From the NCBI RefSeq assembly GCF_964188315.1, contig NC_135667.1:12152001-12216000 (forward strand): a stretch of 64,000 bases of DNA, written 5' to 3'. Below the pieces are notes generated by a model. It saw only the letters and a list, made by a program, of their open reading frames with translations, did no database searches and was not told the DNA's origin. Position numbers and translations under genes: made by a program. Of this stretch, positions 49,601 to 62,126 are shown in pieces (position 1 is the stretch's first letter; every line of letters starts with the position of its first letter). Source of the DNA: Podarcis muralis (taxonomy: Eukaryota).

Positions 49601-51173
49601 TAAATAAGGGTGTACGCCAGGGTTGTATTTTAGCGCCTCTTCTTTTTAACTTATTTATCAGTGATATGAGGAACCCATTAGCCGTCTCACAAAAATTTAT
49701 CCACTCCCCTCGTATAGCAGATTACCGCTGTCCTTTACTTCTCTATGCAGATGATGCAGTACTACTCTCTTACTCCAGAGTGGGTTTAAGGAGGGCACTA
49801 AAGATTTTTGCGACATATTGCCATTCTAATCATCTGTCTATCAACCACACCAAGTCCAAAGTACTGATATTTTCAAGGAGTCGAAAACTTTATTCATGGA
49901 AACTGGAGGGCACGAAATATCGAACAAGTACATAAATTTAAATATTTAGGAATTTATTTTCAATATAATTTAGGGTGGAAAGCGCACGCTGAATATCTTC
50001 AAAACAAGACAAAAGCCCTATCACACTCCCTCCTCCGTTTTTTCTATTCTGAGGGGACCTTATTCATCCCTGCGGCCTTGAAAGTGTATAGCATCAAAGT
50101 GATGGCCACAATGGCCTATGCTGCACCTTTATGGGCTGCCTTTGCAAATCTCTCACCTTTAGAGTCACTTCAAAGCCAATTCTTACGCCGACTTCTAAAA
50201 TTACCAACATGCGTAAGTAATGCGGCTATCCGCTTAGAAATGAAGATCCCCTCAGTGGAGTTAGTTATATGGAAGAGAGTTTTGATTTATTGGATATCCC
50301 TATGGCATAAACTCCCGAACCACTATCTCATTCAATGCATGTGGCGAGATGACTTCACAAATTTGTGGTCAGGAAAAATCCATGCCAAATTGCTGTCCTA
50401 TGAGATCTCGCCCACTGAATTGCTCAAACTGGATCTAAATGTGGCAAAAAGGTGTATAAATCAAAGGCTGGATGATGTGGAGCTATACCAAAATTTCGTA
50501 GCTGGTGGTGGAGTCTGCTCGCCGCTAAATTTCGCATAACCCCTATCTACCGCACTCCGTCCTACTTAACATCGCTTACGGCCGCGTCTCACCGATATGC
50601 CTTCATTAGAGCTAGGTTTAATGTCTTTCCAACAAATGTGCTGAGACATAGATTCACTAAGGGCCAAGTCCCTTCAATGTGTGCGTGTGAAATGAAAACA
50701 TCTGAATCTCTACATCATGTTATGTTTATCTGCCCTTTGTACAGTTCAGCCCGTGCTAGTATACTAAACTCCATAATCCAGCCTATGGCTGACAAATCAG
50801 TAGACCTACAGCTGGCCTGGGTTCTTCAAGATGTGGATCCTTATATTACCCTACAGGTTGCTAAATTCCTAACTGCCGTCCTCTCGTACAAGAGACGGAA
50901 TGGAATGTTAGCTGATTATTGATAGTTATAAGAATTTTCTATAATGACATCAGATATTGATTTTAGTGTAGTGCCTAAATTTTTTAAATCTTAATCTTAA
51001 ACTTTTCTTATGAATGGCTAATATCTGTCCTTGTGAGTTGAGAACTGTGTTATACTACTTGTGGCTTGTACGAGTCCGCTGTTTTATTTGATTTTATTTG
51101 TTTTGATTTGTTTTGTTGTGTTGTGTTTCATGATGGGCGTAAAGCCGAATAAACATTTTGATTGATTGATTGA
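46641..51173 (+). mobile_element. RTEX-like non-LTR retrotransposon, probably 5'-truncated in ORF1, frameshifted
   Basis: ORF1 pieces 46656-47243 and 47227-47541. ORF2 has APE (SWNIAGW, LQETW, GDFNAR, SDH), RT (DLKAAFD, GVRQGCILAP, LLYADD) and C-terminal C-x-C...H...C. 3' AATAAA plus (ATTG)n tail; 8-bp TSD TATATCTA. The clade call is from recalled motif style, not a search. Confidence 0.8.
47542..50922 (+). pseudogene. ORF2 (APE-RT-Zn knuckle) of the RTEX-like LINE, two frameshifts
   Basis: Open 47542-49935; frameshift near 49915 (continues IEQVHKFKYLG in another frame); second frameshift near 50530-50560; ends at 50922. Confidence 0.85.
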
Positions 51174-52077
51174 TATATCTAAACCAGCCTGGGTCCCACC
51201 ACCTCTCTAGCAAGCTTCACATTATTTATTTATTTATTTATCTGAACTGGTCCCATTCCCAAAGCATTCCACCTCAAGCGTCACAACACTGGGAGTTGGG
51301 GAGGGAAATGGTTGGTCTGGGTTGCATCTTTGCCTTGAAGGTATGATCCAGGGAAGCCTCTCATCTCTTGCTATTTTTAAAATCATGTTTAGGACTCCTC
51401 TTCAGGTGACTGTAATAGTCCTCTTTGTCCAACTGATGGCAGTCGGACCTCAGCTCTTCATCAACCCGATTGTGGATTCTATCACCAAATGAGCCAGCTT
51501 CCCCCATAAATCACATAACCAGAATATGGATCCATCTTACACAAAAGAGCACAAACAGAGGGCTGTGGGGTGGAAACCAAGTTCTGGGGCATGACATATG
51601 CAGTGGAAATCTTTTTGATTGCTCTGTCTCTATAGGCTTTATCATATATTATAAGTGACTTGCTGCAGCAATTGTTTCAGGGGAGGGGGGAGAAATTGAT
51701 GGCTTTGAACAATCATTTTGTTGTGTAAACCTGTCACAGGAATGAGGACCTTCTGGCCCTGCAATGTTGCTGAATTTCAATTTCCGTCAGCTTCAGCCAG
51801 TTTCCTGATCCCTGCTCTAACATGCGGCTTCCCCCCTCCTCCTTTTTTTAAATGAAAAAACAAAAATAAAAAACCAATTCATCGAAAGCAACAACGACAG
51901 CAACTCAGGTCCTTCCAACCTTTGGGACAATTGCTTTGAAACTTGTGCTTTTCTTTTCAACATTCTCCTCTCAGTGTTAGTGGCTGTCTGATACGCCTAG
52001 ATCAGCCCTAGCATTTGTAAATATATTTCACTCCCTCAATAAACATGAACAATTTTTATATTATTATTATAATCATT

Positions 52078-52229
52078 NNNNNNNNNNNNNNNNNNNNNNN
52101 NNNNNNNNNNNNNNNNNNNNNNNNNNNNNNNNNNNNNNNNNNNNNNNNNNNNNNNNNNNNNNNNNNNNNNNNNNNNNNNNNNNNNNNNNNNNNNNNNNNN
52201 NNNNNNNNNNNNNNNNNNNNNNNNNNNNN
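52078..52229. other. Assembly gap
   Basis: Run of N between (ATT)n runs. Confidence 1.
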
Positions 52230-52311
52230 TGCAATAAAACTAGACAGAGTGTCACTATGGGAAATGAGCATGCTCTCTATCAATCAAACACATCTCTTTC
52301 TGGATTCTTTC

Positions 52312-52358
<47 letters not shown>

Positions 52359-53138
52359 ATTTGTATACTACCCTTCATCAAAGATCCCAGGGTGGTTTAC
52401 AACGCATACTAATAAATACAGATAGTATTCTGCAATCAGAGACATATTCCTGGCTGCTATTTGGTGCTCCACTCTTCACTCCCCTTTTTCATTGTGTATG
52501 AAAAAGTTTAAAAAGTAATGCCTGTCCTGCCTTCATCACACTCAGTGCTGCTAGCACTCTGCAGAAGTTCACTTTCCACCAAACACTACGTTGTCTGTCT
52601 CACTATTGTCTGCTATACACACACACACTCACTCAAGAAAAATCTGGGAAAATGTGTCATCTGACTGGGGGTTGTGTTCTGGACTGAAACAAGCAAGTTT
52701 GGAAGTGTCAGACTGAGTTAGTCCTCTATCAAAAATGGATCTCCCACTGGATTGATTGGAACTAAGGCAGCAGGCAGGTGGAGCGCGGCTAACAGCAAGG
52801 TAAGTTTGGTGAGGCAGTGACCCATTTGCCCCAATGCACCAGCCTCCACTGGCTCCAATTCTCTCCTGCATTTCTGCTGGCTGGAGCAGAGCATGTGTTG
52901 AGCACACGAACAAAACAGGAATTATCAACGCAGTTAGCAGGTCAAGTGCTGACTCCTCTAGTCTGGCCAGACCTATTTCCATTTTCTATTTTAGGCAGCA
53001 AAGTCCCTCAGTCCAATGGCTCTTTCCCCAATAATGACTGCATTTCCCCTCTGGGCGATTATGCAAATATGGGCTTCACTGATGTTCCTCCGCCCTCCTG
53101 TAAAGACACTTTAAGGGTCTGCCTTGGAGAGGAAGGTG

Positions 53139-53146
53139 ATATAAAA
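53139..53146 (+). promoter_or_regulatory. Candidate TATA box of Ig receptor copy 2
   Basis: ATATAAAA ~60 bp upstream of ATG 53206; degenerate (CATATTCAAA) at the matching site of copy 1. Confidence 0.45.
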
Positions 53147-53205
53147 ACTGGCGATACCAAGTTTCCAAGGAGGTGCAATCCAGGTGGAGAGAGATCCTTC
53201 TCAAC

Positions 53206-56200
53206 ATGGAGGTTATTCTTCTGGTTCCCATGCTAGGTATGTTGCTACTTTCTTTCTCCCCCAACCTCTTCTTCTACCACTCCTTTCTCCTGGGTTTTAA
53301 TTCCTGCTTTGATCCATCATAAAAGAATCATCTGGATAAATTTTTAAACTGGCTTCAGGGCTAGCAATTGCTGAGAACACGCTCTGACCCATACGAGCCA
53401 ACTCCTTGGAGGTGAGGGGTCTTTGGACCCCCCCCAACAAAATATTTGAGGGCGCCACCCCCCAAGTTGATGGGCATTGCCATTCAAGTGCTGTGTGTGC
53501 ACAATATCATGGCGCCAAGTGCCACTACTGGCCAGTTGGCACTGTGCCCAGCGGAATGCCCCCTAAATTCCTGTTCCCTAAATTGGCCATTACGGCAGCA
53601 GGAGGATGATCCAGCCTGCTAGAGGCCAGTTCACAAATGAGATACAGTGCCAGCCAGCCCGAAGAGGGCAAACAGACTTCTCAGTTGCATCCTCACTAGC
53701 GATAGCTGAGAATTTAAATTCAGTTCATGTTAATGGGTGAACCGACCTAATTCACATGTTCCAAAATGAGACATGAAACAGAAACGCAACCGTCCTTCAA
53801 AATTCACATTTTCCAAATTTTGAAGGGCAGTTCTGCAGCCAAGCTACGCGTGCAAAAGTACATGCGTGCAATATGCATGTAAGCATTCTTATGAATGCAT
53901 GTATATAAAAATATACGTGGAGGGGGGAATCATGCAAAGTGCATCATATTATTGAAAATCGTTTTCCACAAAAAGGCATATTAAGTGAATTGGATACAGA
54001 AATTGCTGCATATTAAGAGAAACTAAAATACTGCTGAAATTTCATGAGGATTTTTTTTGGGGCGGGGAGCTAGAAACAGATGTGGAAATGTGTGAAGCAG
54101 AACTTAACAGCTGAGTAATGAAAAGCAGCTAGTAACCACAAATGGTCATCTCTCATCCTGGACTATGTCATGGTGTGTATGCAAATATACAAGTCTGTTA
54201 TTTCGACCCTCGTCATCCTTTCTGTCAGAATAATAAACACACAGAGAAAGAGAGGGGGGCTATGGGGCCTCTTACACTTGACATTCTCTAGGGCTCAGCA
54301 TACCTGGTCCTCCTCTGCCTTGCTATCACTGCCAGCGTTCACCCACTACCTCTGTACAAGCAAGCAACAACAATAGTGAGGGATTGGCAGCGGCGCCTCC
54401 CACCTGCCTGTGCTTCTCCTCTGGGTGGTAGTCTGGATGGGGCTCAGAGGCAACTGGAATGGGCAGCAGTGATTTGGGCAGAGGGAGGATGAGAGCCCAC
54501 TGAGAGACACCCTCTTCCCATACAGGAAGAGACAGAGAGTCCATAAGGGGGCGCTGTGGGAGCTTTGCTCATCCCTCCTAAAGAAAACCGAGAGCCTGGC
54601 TAGAGGTCTCTTCTTTTTTGGAACATCAGAGCAAAAGTGTGTAAGGATTGCCTTGGTGGATAAGACTCGGGTATGTGCTTTAACACTCTTTAATTCGCAA
54701 CACCATAGCCCATATGGTGCAGCCAAAGCCTGCAAAGTTGAACTTCTCAGTCGGACCATTCCTGTATTATGTCCAGTCACTTCAATCCTTTGGAGAGGCC
54801 CTCTTAGTAGTACCTTACGCTCACGAGGTTCATCTTACATGCGCTGAGAAAAGGGCATCTGAGTGTGGTAGCACCTGTCCTTTCGAAGTGCCAGAAAACA
54901 TCAGGCAGACACCTCCAACATCGTCAAAACTCGTCCAGCTTTCCTGGGGGGCTGAGAATGATCCGGCATACTTGACATTCAATTTATCGGACCTACTGAT
55001 TTGTGATGTGTTTTGTACTTATTTCAAGAATGTGATTTTTGTTCATTTTATGCTCTTCACCATAATGATATCCCCCCCCCCCCCCGTAATGTTGACAACA
55101 TAGTTTTGTTTTGTAGGGGCTAAATAATGCATAGGGATTTGATGCTGCAGCCTTCCTGAAGCTATGCAGGTCTCAGAGTCCGGTCAGTGCTTGGATGGGA
55201 GCCTACCAATGAACCTTACATGTGCTCCCTTGAGATAAATATAACATGTAAATAATCTTCAGATCAAATCAGTTCAGACTTCCAGGCCTATTTAACATGC
55301 CTCATCCTTCTTTTTTATTTCTCTCTTTCAGTTTTCCTGCATGTTTTTCTACAGCCAGCATCATCGGCAGGTAACATTCCAACATCTCCACAATGAGTTG
55401 TTGATGTGGAAAAGACAAGAGTGTCTCTAGAGAAGAACACTTTTCTTTTGTTCAACTCTTAGAGCCAACTTCCTCAACCTGGTGCCCTCCAGCTGTTTTA
55501 GACTACAACTTCCATTATCCTCTGCTGATCATACAGCATAAAAGTAGTGAATTTTGACATTTTTATTGCAGAAATCACACTGTGAGGAAAATCAAATTCC
55601 ACTTGTCAAATTTGACCCACAAGGCCGATACTGATAAAAATCTGGCCTGTGACGCCAGAAAGTTTCCCACTGACCCCTGGAGCAGGACTTGTGATATCCA
55701 GGTTCAAATCCCTTCTCCAGCCATGGAGCTCAGTGCGTGATGTTGGGCCAATCACTAACAGACCCTCCAAATGTCCCTATTTTCCAGATATGTCCCTGAT
55801 TCAGAGAAGCCGTCCTGGTTTCTGATTTGATCCTGGAATGTCCCACTTTTCCTTAGGATGTCCCTATTTTCATTGGAGAAATGTTGTGGGGTATGCACTA
55901 ACTCTCAGCCTGACCTACTTTACAAGGTTGTTGTGAGGTGAGGAAAAGTGTGGTGTATGCTCAGTTGGTTTACCACAGTTTCCCCTCTTGTATCCTGGAT
56001 GAGTACATTCAGCGAGTGCTTATAGGGGATATTCCAAAATATGACTGTCTGCACCTGTAGTCTGAAGTGGTACAGTCCCGAATCCCACCACCTCAGTCTT
56101 CCTCCTCATTTTTGTGCAATGTTGCTCCAACTTTCCATGAAGAGACTGTAGAAAGCTTCTAATTCCCAGGATGGCTTATGTATCATAACAGAATTCTATA

Positions 56201-59196
56201 TGCTGACAGTGATCTCACTCTCCACGTGTGGGTCCTAATACAGCGAAAATGATACCATCAGGGCAGGAAAGGGAAGTTACCAGCAGGCATTGGGGGAACC
56301 TCACGTTTGCAGAAGTATAATAAAATATTTCAGGAATAGCATGAGGGGGAGAAATGGAATGGAGCATTCTGTAAGGGATCTGGTCTGTATCTCATGGTCT
56401 GCAGAATTTTTTAGAAGCATGTGGGGGTGGGGTGGAGTAACTTGGAAGAGAACAAGGCTGAAACAGAGCACCTCACACACTGTGACAATTCTTTTCAGGT
56501 TCCCCTTCTGTGCCTGCCACTGAGATCCCTATGCTTTTCTTCCAGGGTCTCTCCAACCCCCCAAACTCTTGGTACAGCCAAATTATCCCGAATACTTTGA
56601 AGGCGAGAGGGTTGTACTCATATGCTCAACTTCCCCAAATGAGACGGTGGAGGGATACAGGTTCTTCAATCAGGACGGGCAACAGATTCTCAAAATGGCT
56701 GCCGACCCTTATCAAAAGGGCAAACTGGTTTTTAGGGCTGAAACGAACAACACAGGAAATTACAGCTGTGGTTCCTGGATGGGGAAAGCTGACACAGAGG
56801 TCACATCTGCCCGAAGCAACTCCATCTCTCTACAAGTGAAGGGTAGGTTTCTAGTCCCTAGGACATCAGTGGTTCTGTGCCAGAAAATCCCTTGGGGCAT
56901 ATAATAGTTTCTGACTTCTACTTTCATCAGGGAAGCAGTACTAGGGAAAGTTTTGGATCTGCATGGTAGATTCAACCTATATTCAGAGGAGGTGCTCTGT
57001 AGGGCCAGCCTATCCATGAGGCAATGTGAGGTGACTCCCTCAGGCAGCAGAATCTACAGGGGCAGCAGATCTGGCCTCCCAAGAATGTGTCAGCCACTGC
57101 TGCCTCCACAATGACAGCTGTGGTGTGCTCCTTGCGGGCTGGATCTGCCCCCTACTTGGCTGCTGCCTCCCAATGCCAACTGTACAGCAGTCTCTTGGTG
57201 AATAGGAGGTGCTGTTCCCATCCATGTTCCCTGTGTAGATCTTCACTAGGGCTAGGGAAATGGACACCATTTTGTGGTTTGCCTCAGGTGCCAAATTGTC
57301 TTGGGCCAGCCTGGATGCTCTGCTATAGCCATTGCATTAACTCTGATCAGCAGAACCGGGCCAGAACTTCCTGGACTACAGCAGCAAATCCTAACCACAC
57401 CAGGTGGCAGAAAATACCAATTTATGCAGTCTCTATGCTTGTTTTGACAGTTCCCTGTCTGCAAAGTTATTTGAGAGGCCTGTTTTTGTGCACGCCGTTA
57501 ACTGAAGGTAGATGGATTATCTGGCTGCAGAATTGCATTGCAAATTTCAAAGGGTGTGAGAGGTTCGGTTAGCATGTGGTTTCAGAAAATGCAACTGGAT
57601 CAGATTTCTTCCCCAACCTTTGCGTCCTTTCACCTTGTCAAAAATTAACCTAAAAACAGACATCTGAATCTGCATCCTCTCTCAATTTCTCTCTTCCCAC
57701 CCAACCATTGCAAGCATATTTCAGGATAGAGGAGTTAGTATAGCTGCTGGCTCTGTTACATAAAGGAATCTCAACCTTGAGTGTTTATCTTTCTTTCCCA
57801 GAAGCCCCGGAAGCCCCAGCCCTCTCTTTGAACCCCAACCTCATCAAAAACAACCTGGGAGATTCGGTCAGCCTTGTGTGCTCAGCTCCACCTGAAACGA
57901 AGAATCTCAAGGAGTTCCAGTTTTATGGCGACTGGATTAGCGTCTCAGCTGTGGCTTCACACGGCAACATCTACATCTACAACATGAGCATCACGAAGCT
58001 CAAGAATGTGGGACTCTTCAGGTGTGGATATGTAGTGCATCTTTCTGGACGGAAAGTTATTTCGAAGAAGAGTAACCCTGTCACTGTCGTTGGACCAGGT
58101 AATCTTTGGGTTTGTTTATTTATTTATGGCATTTACACCCTTTTGCCAATAAACACTCTCAGAGCTGCTTGGAAGGCGGGGGACAGTATTAATACCCTCT
58201 CTGCCCTCAGGCTTACCTATTTAAAAGGGGAGAGGAGTGGGAGGGAGAAGGGAAAAACAAGCTTAAGCAAACGCTCCTAATGTTGCAGCTCTTATAATGT
58301 AGTTTGCCCAATCTACAAGGACTTAAGAGCAGCCTTGTTCAAAAATTTAAATATCCCAGGTGAGAAGTGTTTCATTAGCTGTTTATTAGGGGACAGGTCC
58401 CCCTACACCTCTGAAAAAGTGCTCATTTTGCATTTAGGGTGACAGTTTTAAGGAGAAAAGTTTGTGGGACAGGTAAGCTAAATTCTTCAGGGGAGCAAAA
58501 TCTTATCTGACAGAATGCTTGCCTTTAATAGTTATTTTAACTGTGCAGTGTATTTTATTCTTCGTAATGCATTTGTTTTCTGTATTTTTTCATAATGGCT
58601 TTTACTACACAGATAAATAATAATATTCATATTCATATAATGCATTTACCCTCCTCCATTACTTATGTCAGTGGGGGTTTCGGCCTCCCAAAAAACAATC
58701 TACCCTCCCCAGATCAGACCCAGGAGCAGAGCAGGTGACCATGTTCCATCCAGGAGGACGGAGTAGCTCCTACCAAATCGTAATTCCTCATAAACGCTTC
58801 CCTTCTGCTGCTTGAATTTCTCAGGCAGTCTTTGGGGAAAGCATGCATAATGCTATCTCTCATGCTCATGTAATTCTCAGGTTTTGAGATCAGGATTAGA
58901 TAGGAACAATGAATCACACAGGGCAATTCGATAACAATCTCACTGATAGGAGTCTGCCAAAATGACTAATAGGCATTCTGAGGCCCAAACCGGAATTACG
59001 AAGCCTTATCTGATTCTGAAAAAATGGCACCCGACCTACTCAGCAAAATGTGGCAACTTTTCATTGTACTCTGTAGCCAACAGCTCTTTCCCCCCTTGTC
59101 TACTTAGGCACCAGATGGGAACGGATGTTGGCTATTGGCGGGTCCTTCTTCACCATCAACAGCTTCATCTTCCTCATCTCCCACTATTGTTTTTAA
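53206..59196 (+). CDS. Two-Ig-domain, tail-less FcR/LRC-like receptor, copy 2 (250 aa)
   Basis: Exons 53206-53236, 55332-55370 (39 nt), 56546-56842 (D1), 57802-58098 (D2), 59108-59196 (GTRWERMLAIGGSFFTINSFIFLISHYCF-stop). Total 753 nt in frame, canonical splice sites. Predicted 3' UTR exon from 60214; AATAAA at 60628. Confidence 0.87.
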
Positions 59197-59727
59197 ACCA
59201 CAGGTATGGTAAGTAATGCACTTTCTGCAGAAAATCTCCATGGATTAAAGGATTTCCTTTCCCCCCACACTTTAGGAAGAGTACTTTGGGACAGGTGTGG
59301 CCCAAAACATTTTTTATGGTTGGGGTGGGTGGGGGAGAGAATGGCGTCACTGCCACCCCAGTCCAAACACACACACACACATACGTGGCAACAGTCATTC
59401 AGATCTTTGTAACATCCAGATTATATCACTGTAGCACGTGCTACTGAGTCTGGAAACTGCACTCTGGCTTCCAGGTGTCTGGAACAGTTGCTTCAGAACG
59501 TAGGAGCCAGATTGTTATCTGATAGGAAGGATACAGCGTGGCGTTGTCTTGTCTCCCGTGGCCGCCTCTTCATTTCCAGGGCCATTTCAGAGTGGCGCGG
59601 TCTTGATGCGGAGAGCCCTGAAGCAGGTGCGAGGAACCTGGAATCCCTCCAGATCTAGTTGAACTCCATCTGTCACCAACCCCCAGCCAGCATGGCCAGT
59701 TGTTAGGGCTGATGAAACCCAGTAATA

Positions 59728-59968
59728 CAGTCAAACCTTGGTTGTCAAACGTAATCTGTTCTGGAAGCCCATAGGGCTTCCGAAAAGTTCGACAACTGAG
59801 GCGCGGCTTCCAGTTGCTTGCAGGAGCTTCCTGCACTCAAGCGGAAGCTGCGTCAGACGTTCGGCTTCCAAAAAACGTTCAAAAAACGGAGCATTTACTT
59901 CCGGGATTTTGGCGTTTGGGAGCCAAACTGCTCCAAATTGGAGGTGTTCAGGATCCAAGGTTTGGCTG
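59728..59968. mobile_element. Tc1/mariner-Tigger-type MITE
   Basis: TA|CAGTCAAACC...GGTTTGGCTG|TA. Confidence 0.8.
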
Positions 59969-61291
59969 TAGCTGGAAAACCAGAGGCTCCAAACTAGCAC
60001 CCCCCCTCTCTCTCTCTATCTCACTTCAAGTTATTATTTTTGCTACTGTATGTAGTCAAAATCTGTCTGAATTGGTCCGATTCTGAACTCATTACAAATG
60101 TCACGGGATTTGGAGTCGGGGAAGGAAAGGGTCTTCCTGGTTTGAATTTTTGCTCTGATGTTATCATCCAGGAAAGTCTCTCATCACTTGCTATTTTTAA
60201 AAATCGTTTTCAGGTCTCCTCTGCAGAGGACTGGAATGTCCCCTTTGCCTGGCTGATTGCAGTTCTGCCCTTATCAGCTTCTCTTCAATCAGATTGCGAT
60301 ATATTGCTCCATTCATCAAATGAACTCGCTTCCCCCACAAATCACATTTCACAGAGGGAAAACCCGGATCCTCCCATCATGAAAAGAGATTGTTTTGATT
60401 GTGTTTCATTTTATGGACATTATTACATTTGTAAACACATATTACCGATTCCATTAACTTGAGCAAAACAATTTTAATATTCTTTTAAAAAAGAGAGAGA
60501 AAGGAAAAATCAACAGCACCACAGTAGTTTCAATTAAAATAGATTTTGATCTTTGTTACAGGAAACTAGCATGCTCTCTTTCAATCAAACCCTTCTTTTT
60601 AATGAATTATTTCTAAATCTGCATACTAATAAATACAGTTTGTATTCCACAATCAGAGATACATTCCTGGCTGCCACTGGTGATCCAGTTTTTAACCCCT
60701 TCCCATCACAAGGTGGGTGAAAGAGTGTAAAGTAAACAGACAGATGTCCCACACTTTTGTCAGGATTCCTATTGGGTTCCTCTCTGCCCCTGCAAATCCT
60801 TCACAAGCCAAGGCTGGTGTGTGCCTAAGGGAGAAACTGCTCTGGGCCACTGTATGACTTGCAATGCTGGACACCAAGTCATGTGTTGAAAGTTGTCTCC
60901 AACAAAGGAGTGCTCTGATTAGACCCATTTAATGCAATGGGCTTACATTAGTCATGTTCCTTCTTTGAAATGGGTCTATTCTGAGTCATGGACTTCAGCT
61001 AATGCTGAGTCACAGTGTTTAAACCAGCTGTTTCAGTGCTTTCGCAGAATGATATGGGCTAGAGAATGCCTCTCTGTGACTGAATTAACCTTTGAGGTAG
61101 GCAAATGCCTTCCCCCCACACACACCTTTTCTTGACTTAGCTTAAAGATGCAGTCCATCTTTCTTAAAAACAACTATTTCAAATGCAGGGCCAACCCAAG
61201 ACATTCGGCTGATTGAGGCAAAGGATAAGATGACGCCTCTGTCTCCAGTAGCTGACTGGCGATAGTTTTTTATATTTTATTTTTTCATTTA

Positions 61292-61486
61292 CTGTATTTT
61301 TTGCTCTATAAGACTCACTTTTCCCCCTCCTAAAAAATAAGGGGAAATGTGTGTGCATCCTATGGAGCGAATGCAGGCTGCACAGCGATCCCTCTTGTTG
61401 TTCTGGCTTCTGAGATTCAGAATATTTTTTTTCCCTTGTTTTCCTCCTCCAAAAACTAGGTGCATATTATAGAGCGAAAAATACGG
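61292..61486. mobile_element. Tc1/mariner (Tc2/pogo-like) MITE
   Basis: TA|CTGTATTTTTTGCTCTATAA...TTATAGAGCGAAAAATACGG|TA inverted repeats. Confidence 0.8.
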
Positions 61487-61971
61487 TATATCCCACCTTT
61501 CCTGCAAGGAGCTCAAGGAGACATAAATGTTTCTCACCACAAATGTGTGCAGTAGACTTAGCTGGGAGAATGTGCCTGGCCCAAGGGTCACGCTTCATCG
61601 CCAATCTGGATTCGAACCCTGATCTCCCAGGTCCTAGTCTGACACTAGCCACACTGGAAGTTGCATATGAATTCAACGCAAAAAGCATGCCAGAATATGA
61701 AGTCCAGGTCCAGATGTGTGACAACAGAGAGGAATGGGCAAGGTCTCTGGGGGTGCTGTTGGGGCTGCCCCCACAGACCTGCCATCTGAATTGGCCACCT
61801 ATCTGTGTCCAACGGTAGAACTGTGTCAGTCCAAGTGGCAGTTTGGCTGCTCTGTCCACATTCCTGGGACTGGATGTGTGACTCAGCATCCTTCCCGAGG
61901 GCATTCTGTCCCAAGAATGCGGCCTTCAAGCGGCAGCCAGGTTTTGTTTTGTTTGTCTAGAGAAGGAAAAG

Positions 61972-62042
61972 GAGGAGGAGGAGGAGGAGGAGGAGGAGGA
62001 GGAGGAGGAGGAGGAGAAGGAGAAGGAGAAGGAGAAGGAGAA
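61972..62042. repeat. (GGA)n-(GGAGAA)n compound microsatellite
   Basis: Seen directly. Confidence 0.9.
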
Positions 62043-62126
62043 AGCAGCTTTGGCCACCATGTATTTAAGGTAAAACGAAAATACCTGAAATTTGCTGGCA
62101 TTGCCAAAAGTTGCCACACACATATA

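Noticed and set aside
60214-60330. Possible cytoplasmic-tail exon for Ig gene copy 2
   Set aside because: It lies downstream of a stop conserved in both copies, and the paralogous frame in copy 1 closes after 5 codons.
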